64,000 nucleotides of DNA from an uncultured Chloroflexia bacterium (lineage in GTDB: Bacteria > Chloroflexota > Anaerolineae > Anaerolineales > UBA4823), in NCBI GenBank assembly GCA_963849335.1, contig CAWKGZ010000011.1, positions 81,066-145,065 of the forward strand. Direction: 5' to 3'. A program made the position numbers and the translations under genes. Below the pieces are notes generated by a model that was not told where the DNA came from, did no database searches, and saw nothing but the letters and a program-made list of their open reading frames with translations. Below are positions 31,201-42,551 of the stretch, one piece after another (the stretch's first letter is position 1; each line of letters begins with the position of its first letter).

Positions 31201-33022
31201 GAGCATCGCAATCGCCGATCCCAACTTCCAGGATGATTTCTCGTACCAGCGCGCCGAATGGCAGCCGCAGGGCGACTTTACGCTTGACCAGGGCATGGCG
31301 GTATTCAGCGCGGAGAATGATACAGCGCATCCCTATTTGGGAGGCTCACCGCTCCAGGCCGGCGCATTCGCGCTGCAGTTCGACCTGCGGGTCGAATTTC
31401 CGCAGGGGGAAGGTCAAGATGACATCGGCGAAGGGGAGACTATGCTGGCGCTGGATCTCGCTTTCTCCGCTGATGAATGGTATACCTTCTACCTGGGGTT
31501 TGATGACCTGCCTGGGGAGATCACGGCGCGTATCTGGTCGGTGTACCAATTCCCGGAGAATATCCTGGTAGCGCATGGTGAGACCCTCCCCCTCGATCCC
31601 GCCGGTTGGACGCAGCTAAAGGTGTTGTTTAAAGATGGCACCTGGGGATTCTATATCGCTGGGCAGCCGCTTGGCTATGTGGATGGGCTCCCCGCCACCA
31701 GCCAGAACATTGCGATCAGCGCTGGCACCAAGGAAAGCCCGTTCGTGATGTATATCGATAACCTGCAGTTCTGGGACCTGGAAAACCTCAGCAGCGGGGA
31801 GTTGCCGGATTTCCTGCAAGGCAGAGCGCCGGACTTCAGCGACGATTTTGAAACCCTGAATGCGGAGTGGCTCGTGGAAAACGGCGAGAGCTCACTGGAA
31901 AATGGCCGGCTGCTCCTGGCTATGGGCCCTGACGGGTTTGCCAGAATGGGGGCAGCGCCGCTCGCCGCCCGGGATTTCCAGCTCCAGTATGACTTCCAGG
32001 TGCTTGCGCAAGGTGAAGGCGGGGCGACCATCAGCCTGGAATTGCGCATCATCGAACAGTCAAAATATGTCTTTACTGTTAGTTACCAATCCGACGTGGT
32101 GGTGAATTGGAGTTTTGCCGCAATTGACCAGGCAGATCTCAGAACCGAGCTGTCATCTGGCGCGCTGCCCGGGTGGGATTCCCTGGCTTCTCACCAGCTT
32201 GGCGTGCTTGCAGTGGGCAGCCAATTCTGGCTCACCCTGGACGGCAGCCTGCTGACCAATCTGCAGGACAGCCGCCTGGCTGAGGGTAAGATCGCCCTGG
32301 TGGTGAAGAGCGGCATGGGCCCTAACGCCTCCTTCGCGATAGATAATTTCAGCTTCTGGAACCTGGACTCCGCCTGGGCAGGGGACCTGCCAGCCGTGGT
32401 TCAGCAGGCTATCCTGGAAAGCCCGCCCGATTTCGAGGATGACTTTTCAACCGAAAAAGCGGAATGGCAGGCAGAAAAAATCTATGAATGGGGCCCTCTC
32501 CAATGGGTCGATGGCGTCCTGCAAATTCCTGACGCACCCATTGTCACCGGGGATGTTTTGTTGAGGGGAACCGACTATGCCTTCCAAACTGATCTGCGCT
32601 TTCGTGAGGTCTCAGAAAATCTAGCGTTTGTGTATGCCACACGCCTGACAGAAACCGGCGAAGGAATCGGCACCGAATATCTCTGGATTTTAGATATCCT
32701 GACGAGGGAATGGTCCTTGTCTGTCAACCGCTCTCCCGCCGGGGACCAGTATCAAACCCTCCTGAGCGGTCAACTCAGCAGACTGGAGGCCGGTCAATGG
32801 GCGAATTTCACCGTCATTGTTTACGAAGATACCCTGTGGATCTTTTGGGATAGAGAATTAACGGTTCATTATCAAGGCTTAGAGCTTTGGGGGGACCTAA
32901 ACCACTTTGTTACTGGTGCCGGACTTGGGACCTATCTTGAGCTGGACAATTGGAAATTCTGGGATCTGAGCAGCAGCAGCGGATTACATATACCATCATC
33001 ATCAACTTATCTTTTATCCTAG
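28214..33022 (+). CDS. STAND-type AAA+ ATPase with TPRs, TM helix and four extracellular ConA/DUF1080-like repeats
   Basis: NPYIAGAPV..FFGR, GQRRVGKTS, LLTFDEFD, TAGHPYFTQ; TPR helices; TM near aa 725-745; four PxFxDDF...IDNxxFW repeats. Confidence 0.85.
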   Translation: MSTLLNPYIAGAPVVEPSMFFGRHDVFQWIEHSLEGKYVNHILVIHGQRRVGKTSVLKQIPNYLPKSYIQVFFDLQGRTSTTLDRFLWWLAREISRVLKQEHGLVVPVPEREAFTSDPEILLTQFLPALQPLLGERKLLLTFDEFDTLEQTEIRETLARPLVQYLRRMFELEGLSFIFSIGSSGHKLENMQASYTDFFKTALYRKISFLDRDDCFQLITHPVSEILEYEPKARQRIYEVTAGHPYFTQLVCHELFSLCQKTGKRSLSAEDVDGILDDVIERGTVNLKFTWDEASSLEKWVMACLAQAGGSSSLVELQEMLHQQRVRYSDPDLNAALLHVRDKDILTEENRFVVYLLQRWLRKNRPLDRVREELVEVNPIANRYIEIGEEFRSLGQAVRAIESFRQALAVDPLNLKAQVGIAHVHLEQRDHLAAMQAFEQALSLDDEDVTARTGLCDTCLALGDAASQARDWESARGYYQRILAVNPEHSEARQHLVQVYSQQAEIALKQQQDEPALGFYLEALKITPEDDALQQRCQQLQTLLRDKAIAARLDSSRSEASAGQWEAAIDRLQAGLQDYPGEPRLQEALAGILAAQREAKLASLRKQADRLAAAEKWAGALEVWQEYLSLEPQDTAQVQDEMQRLEARHSLAEAYVQGQQALEAKDFSRAANLLKKVILVDENYKDSARLLAQAIEGKRQQKPAVRLPVIRLPELHRRVWKPALLGLAGVLLLAGLAFVGVRYAPAWVSSLRSSATFTPDAMPTKVPTAVPNLNISYLLETQEPAFSDDFTSWNTAWGEPLPGVVDVWSEGGQMVLTPPEGESAILESAAINAYHFALQYTLIFDIPQGLQEVDKYAVFMHTFRAYPGTEGYTLYLELNQAANDQYNWKVVGGANDVTGKTSLLNLGEANLVTVAYLEDECVIWINHQVLAHFFDQQHNGTINRLSAHTDQGSIKIGIDDLKFWILQEGNQAAMPTPAPTQQAAQPWVADFANPILESIAIADPNFQDDFSYQRAEWQPQGDFTLDQGMAVFSAENDTAHPYLGGSPLQAGAFALQFDLRVEFPQGEGQDDIGEGETMLALDLAFSADEWYTFYLGFDDLPGEITARIWSVYQFPENILVAHGETLPLDPAGWTQLKVLFKDGTWGFYIAGQPLGYVDGLPATSQNIAISAGTKESPFVMYIDNLQFWDLENLSSGELPDFLQGRAPDFSDDFETLNAEWLVENGESSLENGRLLLAMGPDGFARMGAAPLAARDFQLQYDFQVLAQGEGGATISLELRIIEQSKYVFTVSYQSDVVVNWSFAAIDQADLRTELSSGALPGWDSLASHQLGVLAVGSQFWLTLDGSLLTNLQDSRLAEGKIALVVKSGMGPNASFAIDNFSFWNLDSAWAGDLPAVVQQAILESPPDFEDDFSTEKAEWQAEKIYEWGPLQWVDGVLQIPDAPIVTGDVLLRGTDYAFQTDLRFREVSENLAFVYATRLTETGEGIGTEYLWILDILTREWSLSVNRSPAGDQYQTLLSGQLSRLEAGQWANFTVIVYEDTLWIFWDRELTVHYQGLELWGDLNHFVTGAGLGTYLELDNWKFWDLSSSSGLHIPSSSTYLLS

Positions 33023-33030
33023 GACTTATC

Positions 33031-34393
33031 ATGGAAAATCCTTTCACCTTCGGCAATCCGGTGCGCGACCCCGAGCGCTTTTTTGGGCGTAAGGAAGAAG
33101 TACGCCAGGTGGTCAACCGGCTGCTCTCCAGCGCCCATGAGAGCACCTCCATCGTCGGTGAGCGGCGCATCGGCAAGACCTCCCTGTTGAAGTACATCGC
33201 CCACCCGCAGGTCGCCCCCAGCCTGGGGCTCGACCCGGCGCGCTACTGCCTGATCTACATCGACTTCCAGGGGTTGACCGACATCACCCCGCAGCGCTTC
33301 TGGCAGCGCGTGCTGGCGAAGATGAAGCGCGCCCTGTGCTCTGACAGCCTGTATCCCGAGATCGACCGCCTGCTGGGGATGGAAAGCTTCGACCTGTTCG
33401 ACCTGGAGGACCTGTGCGAGGCAATCGCCGCCGAAAACCTGACCACCGTGCTGCTGCTGGATGAGTTCGAGTATGTCACCCAGAACCCGAACTTCGGGCG
33501 CGGATTTCTTCGGCGGGCTGCGCGCCCTGGCGATCCATCACAACCTGCCGCTGGTCACCGCCACCCGCCGCGAGCTGGTCGACCTGTGCCACTCGGAAGA
33601 GCTGAAAGGCTCGCCGTTCTTCAATATTTTTGCTAATGTCGTCCTGCGCCCCTTCCACAAGGAGGAGGTGCTGGCGATGGCGGCGGCTTACCTGGACGAG
33701 ATCGAGCTGCCTTTTACCCCGGAGGACCAGGAGCAGATCTACCGGCTGGCAGGCGGCTACCCCTTCTTCGTGCAGATTGCCGGATACTACCTGGTGGAAG
33801 CGCAGGCAAGCGGCTTGAGCGGGGAGAAGGCGCTGAGCAAGATGGCAGAGCAGTACCAGCAGCAGGCCGACCCGCACTACTCGTACATGTGGTCGCACTG
33901 TTCGGAAAGTGAGAAGATCGCCCTGCTGGCAGCCCTCTCGCTGGGGCGGCAGAATCCGGCTGTAAAGAACACAGCTTCTGGAAAACACAGCTTCAAGAAA
34001 AGCCTGCCCACGCTCGAAAACCTGGTCAAGATCTACCCCCACGCCCAGATCGACGTGCCCGAGCTGCTCAAACGCGGCCTGCTGTATGAAGACCCGGTGG
34101 CGGCGCCCTACTGGGCGGGTATGGAACCCCGCCCTACATACCGGCTGCTGTCCGAGAGCCTGGAGCGCTGGATTGGGCAGGAGATCGCCGCCGGCGAGGG
34201 CAGCCAGGAGTCGCCGGAAAGCGTGGAGTCGTGGCTGCAATCGGGCGGCAAGGAGGTGGTCGAGCCGGTCAAAGGCGCTCTGCCGCGTTTCAAGAAGAAG
34301 TACTGGCCCCTGGTCAGCACCGTGCTGCAGGAGGTGTCCATCGAGCTGGCCAGCTCGGCGGCGTTCGAGCTTATGTTGAGGGCGATGGTGTGA
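33031..34393 (+). CDS. Second STAND-type AAA+ ATPase (frameshift near 33497)
   Basis: NPFTFGNPV..FFGR, GERRIGKTS, LLLDEFE, AGGYPFFVQ. Confidence 0.85.
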
Positions 34394-34424
34394 TGCGCCC
34401 TGGCGGGTACGGAAACCCGCCCTT

Positions 34425-35441
34425 CTAATAGATCAATTCTTCCGCCTTGCTGCTCACCCGTTTCCTGAACACCCAATACGTCCAGCCCTGGTAAGCCAGC
34501 ACCACCGGCACGAAGATCAGCGCTACGATGGTCATCACCTTCAGCGTGTAAGGTCCCGATGCCGCGTTGTAGATATCCAGGCTATTCGCCGCTTCGGTCG
34601 AGGAGATGATCACGCGGGGGAACATAATAGCGAAGCAGGAGATCACCGCCAGGGCGATGGTCAGGCCGGTGAAGACGAACGCCCAACCGGGGCGGCGCTG
34701 CACCAGGAAGTAGCCAGCCACCCACACGGCGACAAAGGACAAAATGGGCAGCGCCACCACAAAGCGCGCGGCGTGGGTGGTCAGGTCGGTATAGATAAAG
34801 GTCGTCGCCAGCAGCGCCAGCAGGATGACTGCCACCGGAGGCCATAACTTGCGCGCCAGCGTCAGGGCACGGTCGGCTAATTTGCCGCTGGTCTTCAGGC
34901 TGAGGAAGATCGCCCCGCTCAGGGCGAAGGCGCCGATCGCGGACAGTCCGCCGAGCAGCCCGTAGGGGTTGAGCAGCGTCCACAGCGTGCCGGTGTAGGC
35001 CATATCTGCGTTCACCGGCACGCCCTTCGCCAGGTTGGCGAAAGCCACCCCCAGCAGCAGCGCAGCAACAAAGCTGCCGGTGAACGTCGCCCAATCCCAC
35101 AGCGCCCGCCATTTGAGATTGGCATCTTTGCTGCGGAACTCGAGCGCCACGCCGCGCAGGATGAGGGCGAACAGCAGCAGGAAGAAGGCCGGGTAAAAGC
35201 CGCTGAATAGCGTGGCATACCAGTGGGGGAAAGCGGCAAAGGTGGCGCCGCCGGCGGTGATCAGCCAGACTTCGTTGCCGTCCCAGTGCGGGCCGATGGT
35301 GTTGATCACCGCCCGTCGCTCGGTGTCGCTCTTGCCCAGGAACGGCAGCAGGATGCCGACGCCGAAATCAAAACCTTCCAGGAAGAAGTAGCCGACATAC
35401 AGGATAACGATCAGGATGAACCAGAGCAGGTTGAGGTCCAT
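34425..35441 (-). CDS. cydB: Cytochrome bd quinol oxidase subunit II
   Basis: LEGFDFGVG, IGPHWDGNEVWL, AAFPHWYA. Confidence 0.95.
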   Translation of the reverse strand: MDLNLLWFILIVILYVGYFFLEGFDFGVGILLPFLGKSDTERRAVINTIGPHWDGNEVWLITAGGATFAAFPHWYATLFSGFYPAFFLLLFALILRGVALEFRSKDANLKWRALWDWATFTGSFVAALLLGVAFANLAKGVPVNADMAYTGTLWTLLNPYGLLGGLSAIGAFALSGAIFLSLKTSGKLADRALTLARKLWPPVAVILLALLATTFIYTDLTTHAARFVVALPILSFVAVWVAGYFLVQRRPGWAFVFTGLTIALAVISCFAIMFPRVIISSTEAANSLDIYNAASGPYTLKVMTIVALIFVPVVLAYQGWTYWVFRKRVSSKAEELIY

Positions 35442-35443
35442 GG

Positions 35444-36843
35444 CTAGCCTCCGGCGCTAAGATTGGATAGTTCTGTGTCTTTGGATGCGGCCTCAGCAGC
35501 AGGAACGCCGCTTGTCGGCAGACCGGCTTTGGCAAATTTCGCCAGCAGATAGACATCCGCGCCCATCAGCAGCGCATAGATCAGCACAAAACCGACCAGG
35601 GACATCACCACGAGGCCTGGGCTGAGCGGCGAGACGCCGTTCTTGGTCAGCAGCAAACCGTGCACGATCCACGGCTGGCGACCGGTCTCGGTCAGGATCC
35701 AGCCGGCGGTGTTGGCCAGGTAGGGCAGGGCGATCAGCCAGACGCCCCATTTGAGCCAGCGCGTCCACTTCTCGGGCCACTTCTTCCACGGCAGATACAG
35801 CGCCGCCAGCGCGACGCCAACCATCAGCGTGCCGATGCCGACCATGATGCGGAAAGTCCAATAGGTGAGCGCCACCAGGGGCACGTAATCGCCCGGGCCA
35901 TATTGCTGCTCATACTGCGCCTGGATGTTGTCGATCCCCTCCACCTCGCCTGAAAAGCGGAAGTAATACAGCCAGCTGAGCATCTTGGGGATGCGCAGGC
36001 TCCAGCACCTCGTTCTTGCCGGTCGAGTCGAACCACGCCACCAGCGAGAAATCCGCCGGGTCGGCGGTTTCGTAATGCGCTTCGGAGGCGGCGGCTGCCA
36101 TCGGTTGGACCTCACGCAGGTAGACGCCCTGGGCGTGACCGGCGACGCCGGACATGATCGCCATTACCAGCCCCACAATTGCCGCCAGCTTGAACGAGGC
36201 TCTGAATGCTTCCACCTGCTGTTTGCGCACCAGGTGATAGGCGCTGATACCGAGCATGAAGAAGGCGGCGGTGACCAGCCCGGAAGAAAGCGTGTGCCAG
36301 ATGAGGAACCAGCCGCGCGGGTTGCCCAGCAGCGCCCAAAAATTGACCAGCACGGCGCGCCCACTCTCCAACTCGTAGCCGACCGGGTGCTGCATGAAGC
36401 CGTTGGCGAGCAGGATCCACACCGCCGACAGGTTCGACCCAAACGCCACCAGCCAGATCGAGGCCAGGTGCAGCTTCTTGGGCAGGCGGTCCCAGCCGAA
36501 GATCCACACGCCCAGGAAGGTCGAACTCGAGGAAGAAGGCCGACAGCCCCTCGATCGCCAGCGGCGCGCCGAAGATATCGCCCACGTAGCGGGAATACTC
36601 CGACCAGTTCATGCCGAACTGGAATTCCTGCACGATGCCGGTGACCACACCCATGGTATAGTTGATCACGAAAAGCTTGCCCCAGAACTTGGCCAGGCGT
36701 TTGTAGGTCTCATCGCCGCTGCGCACGTACTTTGTTTGCAGGTAGGCGACCAACCAGCCCAGCCCCAAGGTCAGGGGGACAAAAAAGAAGTGATAGATGG
36801 TGGTAAGTGCAAACTGCCAGCGTGAGAGCAATACCAGGTCCAT
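35444..36843 (-). CDS. cydA: Cytochrome bd quinol oxidase subunit I (two frameshifts)
   Basis: [36 protein letters not shown]. Confidence 0.95.
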
Positions 36844-36873
36844 AGTCTATTCCTCCAAACGGGTATCTCGAGC

Positions 36874-37915
36874 TTACCGCAGCGGCCAAAAACCGCTGGC
36901 AAAGACGCGCAGCAGCGTGTCGGCGATCAAGCCCAGGATGAGCAGCCCGCCGAACATGCGGTTGTGATAGAAGCACACCGCGGCAAACCAGGTGGGCCAG
37001 TAAGTGTAGCCCTCGGGCGCCTGTGCCGGGCGGGGCTTGCTCAGCGTTTTCAGCGCCAGCAGCAGGCGCTTGCCCGCCAGCAGCACGATCAGCATCACCG
37101 GGGTGAAGTAGTGCGGCACGAAGACCAGGTAGATGATCACCAGGTAGATCAGCACCAGCGAAGCCATGTTCACGTAGCGGGAAGCCTTCTCGCCGATCCT
37201 CACCGGCATGGTACCCACCCCCTTGAGCTTATCGGCGTCCATCTTATCGATGTGCTTACCGATGTTGATGCTCACCACGCTCAGCCCGAAGGGCACCGCC
37301 GCCAGCGCCACCAGCCAGGTATTGATCCGTCCAGCCCTTTGCCAGCACGGTGTACACCCCGGCGATCAGCACCGGCCCCCAGATCAGGAAGATGGACAGC
37401 TCGCCCACCCCCAGGTATTTCAAGGGCCAGGTGTAGAACAGCAGCATCAGCGCCCCAAAGGCGAACAGCCCGATCACCACCGGGTCGAAACCGGTGTAGA
37501 ACAGGGCATACACCCCCGAAGCGAAGGCGATCACGCCGCTGACCAGGAACCAGCGCATCTGCTGCGGCTTGGTCCAGAACTTCTGCACCAGCGGGTGCAC
37601 CCCGTACTGGGTGCGGAAGTAGTAATCCACGTCCACGCCGCGGCTGAAATCGGTGTAATCGTTGAGCAGGTTGTTCGTCCCGTGGGCGATGAACAGCCCC
37701 AGCGTGACGATCAGCCAGGGTATCCAGGCGAAATAGCCATCCCGCCACGCCAGCAGCCCGGCGATGATGCCCGAGTAGATGGTCACCACCGTCACCGCCG
37801 AGCGTGTGGCGATCAGCCACTTGGACACCACGTCCAGCGCGTCCCACTCCTCTTTGCTGTCCATCTTGACCAGCGTCCAGCTTGCTTTTTTCCACATGGC
37901 GAAGTTGATCTTCAT
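36874..37915 (-). CDS. menA: UbiA-family prenyltransferase (DHNA polyprenyltransferase-like; frameshift near 37320)
   Basis: NNLLNDYTDFSRGVD, YTWPLKYLGVGE, IDKMDADKLKGVGTMPVRIG. Confidence 0.8.
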
Positions 37916-38059
37916 TGGCCTCTCCTTAGCCCAGCACCAGCTAACAAAACCCCATCCCACCCACAGACCCCAGGGTATATCGCTACCGCTGAATTGTAAC
38001 TTAAATTACAAAAAAGCTTAACCGCAGATTTAGCGGATAAGCGGATGGCTCGCAATGCC

Positions 38060-38365
38060 TTATCCACTTTTCTTCGTGAGTTGCTTGTACACGAGCTGCC
38101 CGTCCGCCCACGCTCTCAGGTTTTCCAGCCGTTCGCCATTGTCCCCATGTTCTGGGTCGTCGAAGTACCCTTGGAGCGTTGCGCAGGGCACATCTGGGCA
38201 GAAACCGCAGTGCTGGTAGCCTTTGCCAATTGCACAGCGGGCAACTTGACACACGCCCCAGAACATCTCGCTCCTGGCTGCCTGGCAGCCGGGACAATTG
38301 GTCTTTACCTTCCATTCGCAAGCACCGCAATATGCGCCACACATGCCAATCAGTTGTGCGTCCAT
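38060..38365 (-). CDS. Cys-rich DUF3795-family protein
   Basis: CGAYCGAC..CPGC..C..C..HCGFCPDVPC. Confidence 0.8.
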   Translation of the reverse strand: MDAQLIGMCGAYCGACEWKVKTNCPGCQAARSEMFWGVCQVARCAIGKGYQHCGFCPDVPCATLQGYFDDPEHGDNGERLENLRAWADGQLVYKQLTKKSG

Positions 38366-38619
38366 AAGGATTGTCCTCTCTCGATCAAGTTGCAACCAGT
38401 CATTCGGTTGGGTTAAGCAGCAGCTTAATTTTACATTATTTTGAATTGCCCGCCAGAAATCCGGTTTAGCCCAGTAGATTCGTAGGGTGCGTGCGGAGGA
38501 CACAACGTTTTGCGCAGGACGACTTAGCCGGCGGGCTGAAGCCCTGCCTCAGGACCCTGCTATAATTATTTCTATTAGATACCCATCATATCCTGAAAAA
38601 TTAAATAAGAGGATAACAC

Positions 38620-39901
38620 ATGCCGCTTTTCCAACCAAACGTAAGAAAGCTGAAAGAACAGCGCAACGTTAAAGAATTGATCAAGGCGTTGAATTATCAG
38701 AAGGATGACAATATCCGTAACGAAGCCGCGGTGGCGCTCGGTGAGATAGGTGATCCCCTGGCGATCGAGCCGCTGCGCGCCATGCTCGATACATATTTAT
38801 ACGAATCCGCCGCGGTCAGCCTGTCAAAACTGGGGGATATGCAAGGCATCGAAGCCATGTTCGCCAAAGCCATGGATGACAGCGATTGGAGAAACGATCG
38901 TTCGAAACCCATTTATGTCCTGGAGTGCTGCGGTGCCGCGGCGGTACCCTACCTCTCCAAGCTTCTCAAGGTCGAGCCGTATGCCTTGCGAGCACAGGCA
39001 GCGAAGAGCCTGGGGAATTTAGCTGACCCGCGGGCTGCCGAGGCGCTCATCTACTGCCTGGATGATAAGTACGAAGTTGCCCAGGATGTGCACAATGCAC
39101 TGCTGAAAATCGGCGCACCTGCCATCGCCTCCTTTGCCAAAGTCCTCGCCGGGATGGAGAAGTGCTCGGATACATGGTTACAACATGAATGTTTAATAAC
39201 CCTGGCTGAATTTGGGGCGAAAGCCGTCGAGCCTTTGATCGATTTTCTCGCCTACAGCGAATCTCATAAAGATCTGGCTTGTACTCTGCTGGGTAAGATT
39301 GGCGATGCCCGGGCAATCGAACCGCTGCTGCAGGCGCTCAATGATCCCAACAAGAAGGTGCAAAAGGCGGCCAGGCAAGCCCTGGTAGCCAATGGCTGGG
39401 TGAAGGCTCGGGGTGGTAAACCAGCACCTGCCCGTTTGACCGCACCCATCGATGAGATCGAGTTCGTCTCCCTGTCCGCCCGGTCGCAGGGCGCCGGTCC
39501 TGGGGAGAGCGAATTCGAAAACGCCTTATCTTGCTGGAATGCCGGGGATACTGCCTCTGCACAGCGCGCTTACAAAAAGGCGCTCAAAACGGGCTTAACC
39601 ACGCTGTATGAGGCTGCTGCCAGGATGAACCTGGGCAAAATTTACTTCCAACAGCGGGATATCGCCGCGGCCGTGAATGAATTTCAGAAAGTGATCCACC
39701 TCAACCCCCAGCGTGCCTCCACCGCCTATGACAGCTCAACCTACCTGGCCCTGATTTACCAGGCATTGGGATATGAAAGAGGATATGCAGGCAGCCATCG
39801 AGCTTGCCAGCAAGGCGATGCAGCATGTGGATTACCAGATTTCCGCAAAGGCAGCCAATGAGATCCAGGCTGCCGTGAGACAGGTATATGGGAGCCGGTA
39901 A
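38620..39901 (+). CDS. HEAT-repeat + TPR protein (indel near 39780)
   Basis: Repeated AAxALGxIGDxxAIEPL; C-terminal TPR; shifted frame ends at TAA 39901. Confidence 0.85.
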
Positions 39902-39924
39902 AGCCACCCGCGGCGTGCGGTGAC

Positions 39925-40110
39925 CGTGAGCGCCAGGCCCTGCCAGGAGCACTTCCTGGACCTGTGCCACCTGGTGGATGCACCCTGCGCCTGCGCACAA
40001 GAAGCTGGACACGGCGGTGTTTGCGGCGTATGGCGGGCCGGATGCGCTGGGTGAGGAGGAGATATTGGAGCGGCTGCTGCGGCTGAACCTGGAGAGGGCG
40101 GGGGAGGTGG
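39925..40110 (+). pseudogene. Internally deleted type IIL (MmeI-like) restriction-modification gene remnant
   Basis: N-terminal-type QEHFLDLCHLV directly next to C-terminal-type AHKKLDTAVFAAYG..EEILERLLRLNLERA. Confidence 0.65.
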
Positions 40111-40494
40111 GGGAGGGTGAGGATACACAAGCTATCAGAATCCACCACCGCAGCCTATCCGCTAATCCGTTACCGATCCGTTGACCAGTCGCCCCCGTCC
40201 CCTCCCGCCTCCCGCAAATCCCAAACCGTAATTTGGGCGAGTGGAAACCGTTAGCCCGCGCACAGGGGCTATGTTCTTCCTGGTGATTACCAACCGCCAG
40301 GTGGTCAGTAAAATGATCATATCCAATCAAAATGGCTGTAAAAACGATCCTTTCCTGATAATCTCCTGATACTTGTGGGCTATAATGATAAGAAGAATGC
40401 GTGGTGAAGGGTGTTTCTCTACTGCGCCCATCGCGACGGGTTGTTGAATAACAAGCAAAAGGAATTGCACTCAATTCAAATCAGGAGGATGACA

Positions 40495-41575
40495 ATGAAA
40501 CCCAAAACTCTGTTCAATGGACTGATGGTGGCTGTGCTCGTGCTCGGGGTGCTGAACGCCTGCGCGCACAACGCCTGCCGCTCCCGTGGCAACCGATGTG
40601 CAGGAGCCGGCCTCGTCACCATCCTCAGTTCCAGAGCCGACCACTGAGCCGACGGCAGAACCGGCACCCGAGCTGCCCTCTGAACCGCCTGATTACGTGG
40701 CGCTGTTCAGCGAGCTGACGGCAGATTACCGCCGACCAGGATTATCTCCATATCGATCCCTTCATCTGGGCAGGGCGATCACGGGTAACGGGGCTGTTGT
40801 GCTCGATTTGCGTGAGGCTGCAGAAATCGAGGCGGTCGGCACCATCGAAGGAGCGGTGCATATCCCGGTGCGCGACCTGATGAAGCACCTGGACAAGCTG
40901 ATCGCAGCGGATACGTCGATTGTGATCCTCAGCGCATCCAGTCACCTGAGTGGTTCTGCGCAGGCGGCGCCAGGATGATGCGCCATGCCAACAGTGCGCA
41001 TCCAGGATCGGTAGATCGCCGTCTGGGTCGACCTAAAAAACCCGTGGTGACCGGGGCCCTGAGGCGCCTGCGCCAATCAGCACGCCGGTCATTGCCAACC
41101 AGCAGTTTTTGACTGAGCTGGCAACCGGTTCAGCAGCCTTCCGATGACCTGTACGCCATCAGCGGGATCGACAACGAAGACCTGCTTGGCGGCAATGTCG
41201 CGATGCTCTCGGGCTGACTACGCATTTGCAGAAGCGGAGGGCAATGGCCGGCAAATCCAAGCGATGCCATTCGCAGTCCGTGCGCTCATCGAGCTGCGAA
41301 CGTCTCGATAAGCTGGCAGCCAGTCTTGGATCACTGATGGTCGTATATTGCACATCTGGATCCAGCGACACGGTAGCCGCGATTGCGTGCGTTCATATGC
41401 TTCTGCCAGATTGGTCACTGGCGGGCAGGATGACTGCCTGGAAAGCTGCCCAGCCGCCGCTCGAATTTTATGTGGGCTGGCTGCCTGGCACTTCATTGCC
41501 CGAGCCGGTGGGAGGCAACGTAGTGCGGTGCGCCAAAGAGCTGGCAGCATCTACCCAGGCGGTTTAATCAGCAAA
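40495..41575 (+). pseudogene. Degraded multi-rhodanese lipoprotein
   Basis: Lipobox LNAC; VLDLREAAEI..GTIEGAVHIPVR; second domain VYCTSG..; many frameshifts and stops. Confidence 0.65.
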
Positions 41576-41659
41576 ACGTCTTTGCTGAGCAGTTCTATCG
41601 CTACGTTCCCACGGCGAGTGTGACGCTTGGCGAAGCCAATGAGGCGACCTGGCTTCAGC

Positions 41660-42500
41660 CCAGGCTCCAGGCGATCTGAACCTCCGCCAGGCGCAGCCTG
41701 GTTTTTCCTGGCCGGGATCGAGATGGTATGTTCACTGCCTGCTACTGCGGGCAGCCAACGGGCATAATCGATCAGTTTGTGGGCGACATCTTCTTCTTGC
41801 TCTCGCACCCAGCGGTTTTGCGCAACCCGAATCAAAAAATGCTTGTTGTGCGCCCGGCAGGTGGCCCAATAGGGGAAAAAGTTGCTGCCCGCATCCGATA
41901 CTTCCACCCACGTAACCCCCTCCGGCGCACTCCCAATCTCCTCGGCTGCCATCTCCACACACCTGCCCCTCCATCGAACGGGTCCATTTTGGCTTGGGTC
42001 AGGCGTGGGTACGCAAATACCTTCACTTGCCCTAACCCAAGAAAACATCGCGTTCCCCAGGCCCCACTGCGATCGTCGTATGCATCAGCAGCCCGCCCCT
42101 GCCATCTCCGATAGGCCCCAACCCTTCCACACGCTTGTGAAAAGTGTAATCCAACTCGGTCAGGTCATTCACCCACAAAACCACTTCCATCTTTTCCGCT
42201 GCTGCACGCGTCTGCGCATAGCTGGGAGCTAGTAGTTTCTCGAGTGTTACCCAAGTGTTATTCAACAAACGGTACGCCCCTTCCAAAGCGCTGGCATCCT
42301 TTACTTGCCTGGGCAACGATGCTTCAGGGTTACGCGCCATGCATGCCCCCAGCTTCACCGCTCGCCTCGTCAACCTCCGGTCACCTAATTCTACTTTACC
42401 CCATGCCTGCTCTGCAAACCCTTCCGCACTTTGTTCCATTTCCTTCTCTCCTTCCTGCTCAAGTTTAGCCTATCTAGAACAAAGTTGCGATAAAAGATGA
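41660..42500 (-). mobile_element. IS4-family (IS50/Tn5-like) transposase, truncated and frameshifted
   Basis: ELGDRRLTRRAV..NPEASLP..GAYRLLNN, DLTELDY, GLGPIGDG, FLIRVAQNR. Confidence 0.85.
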
Positions 42501-42551
42501 GCCCTCAACACCAACCTACGAATCTTCGTTTGCCCCTGCTAAAAAAATTCG

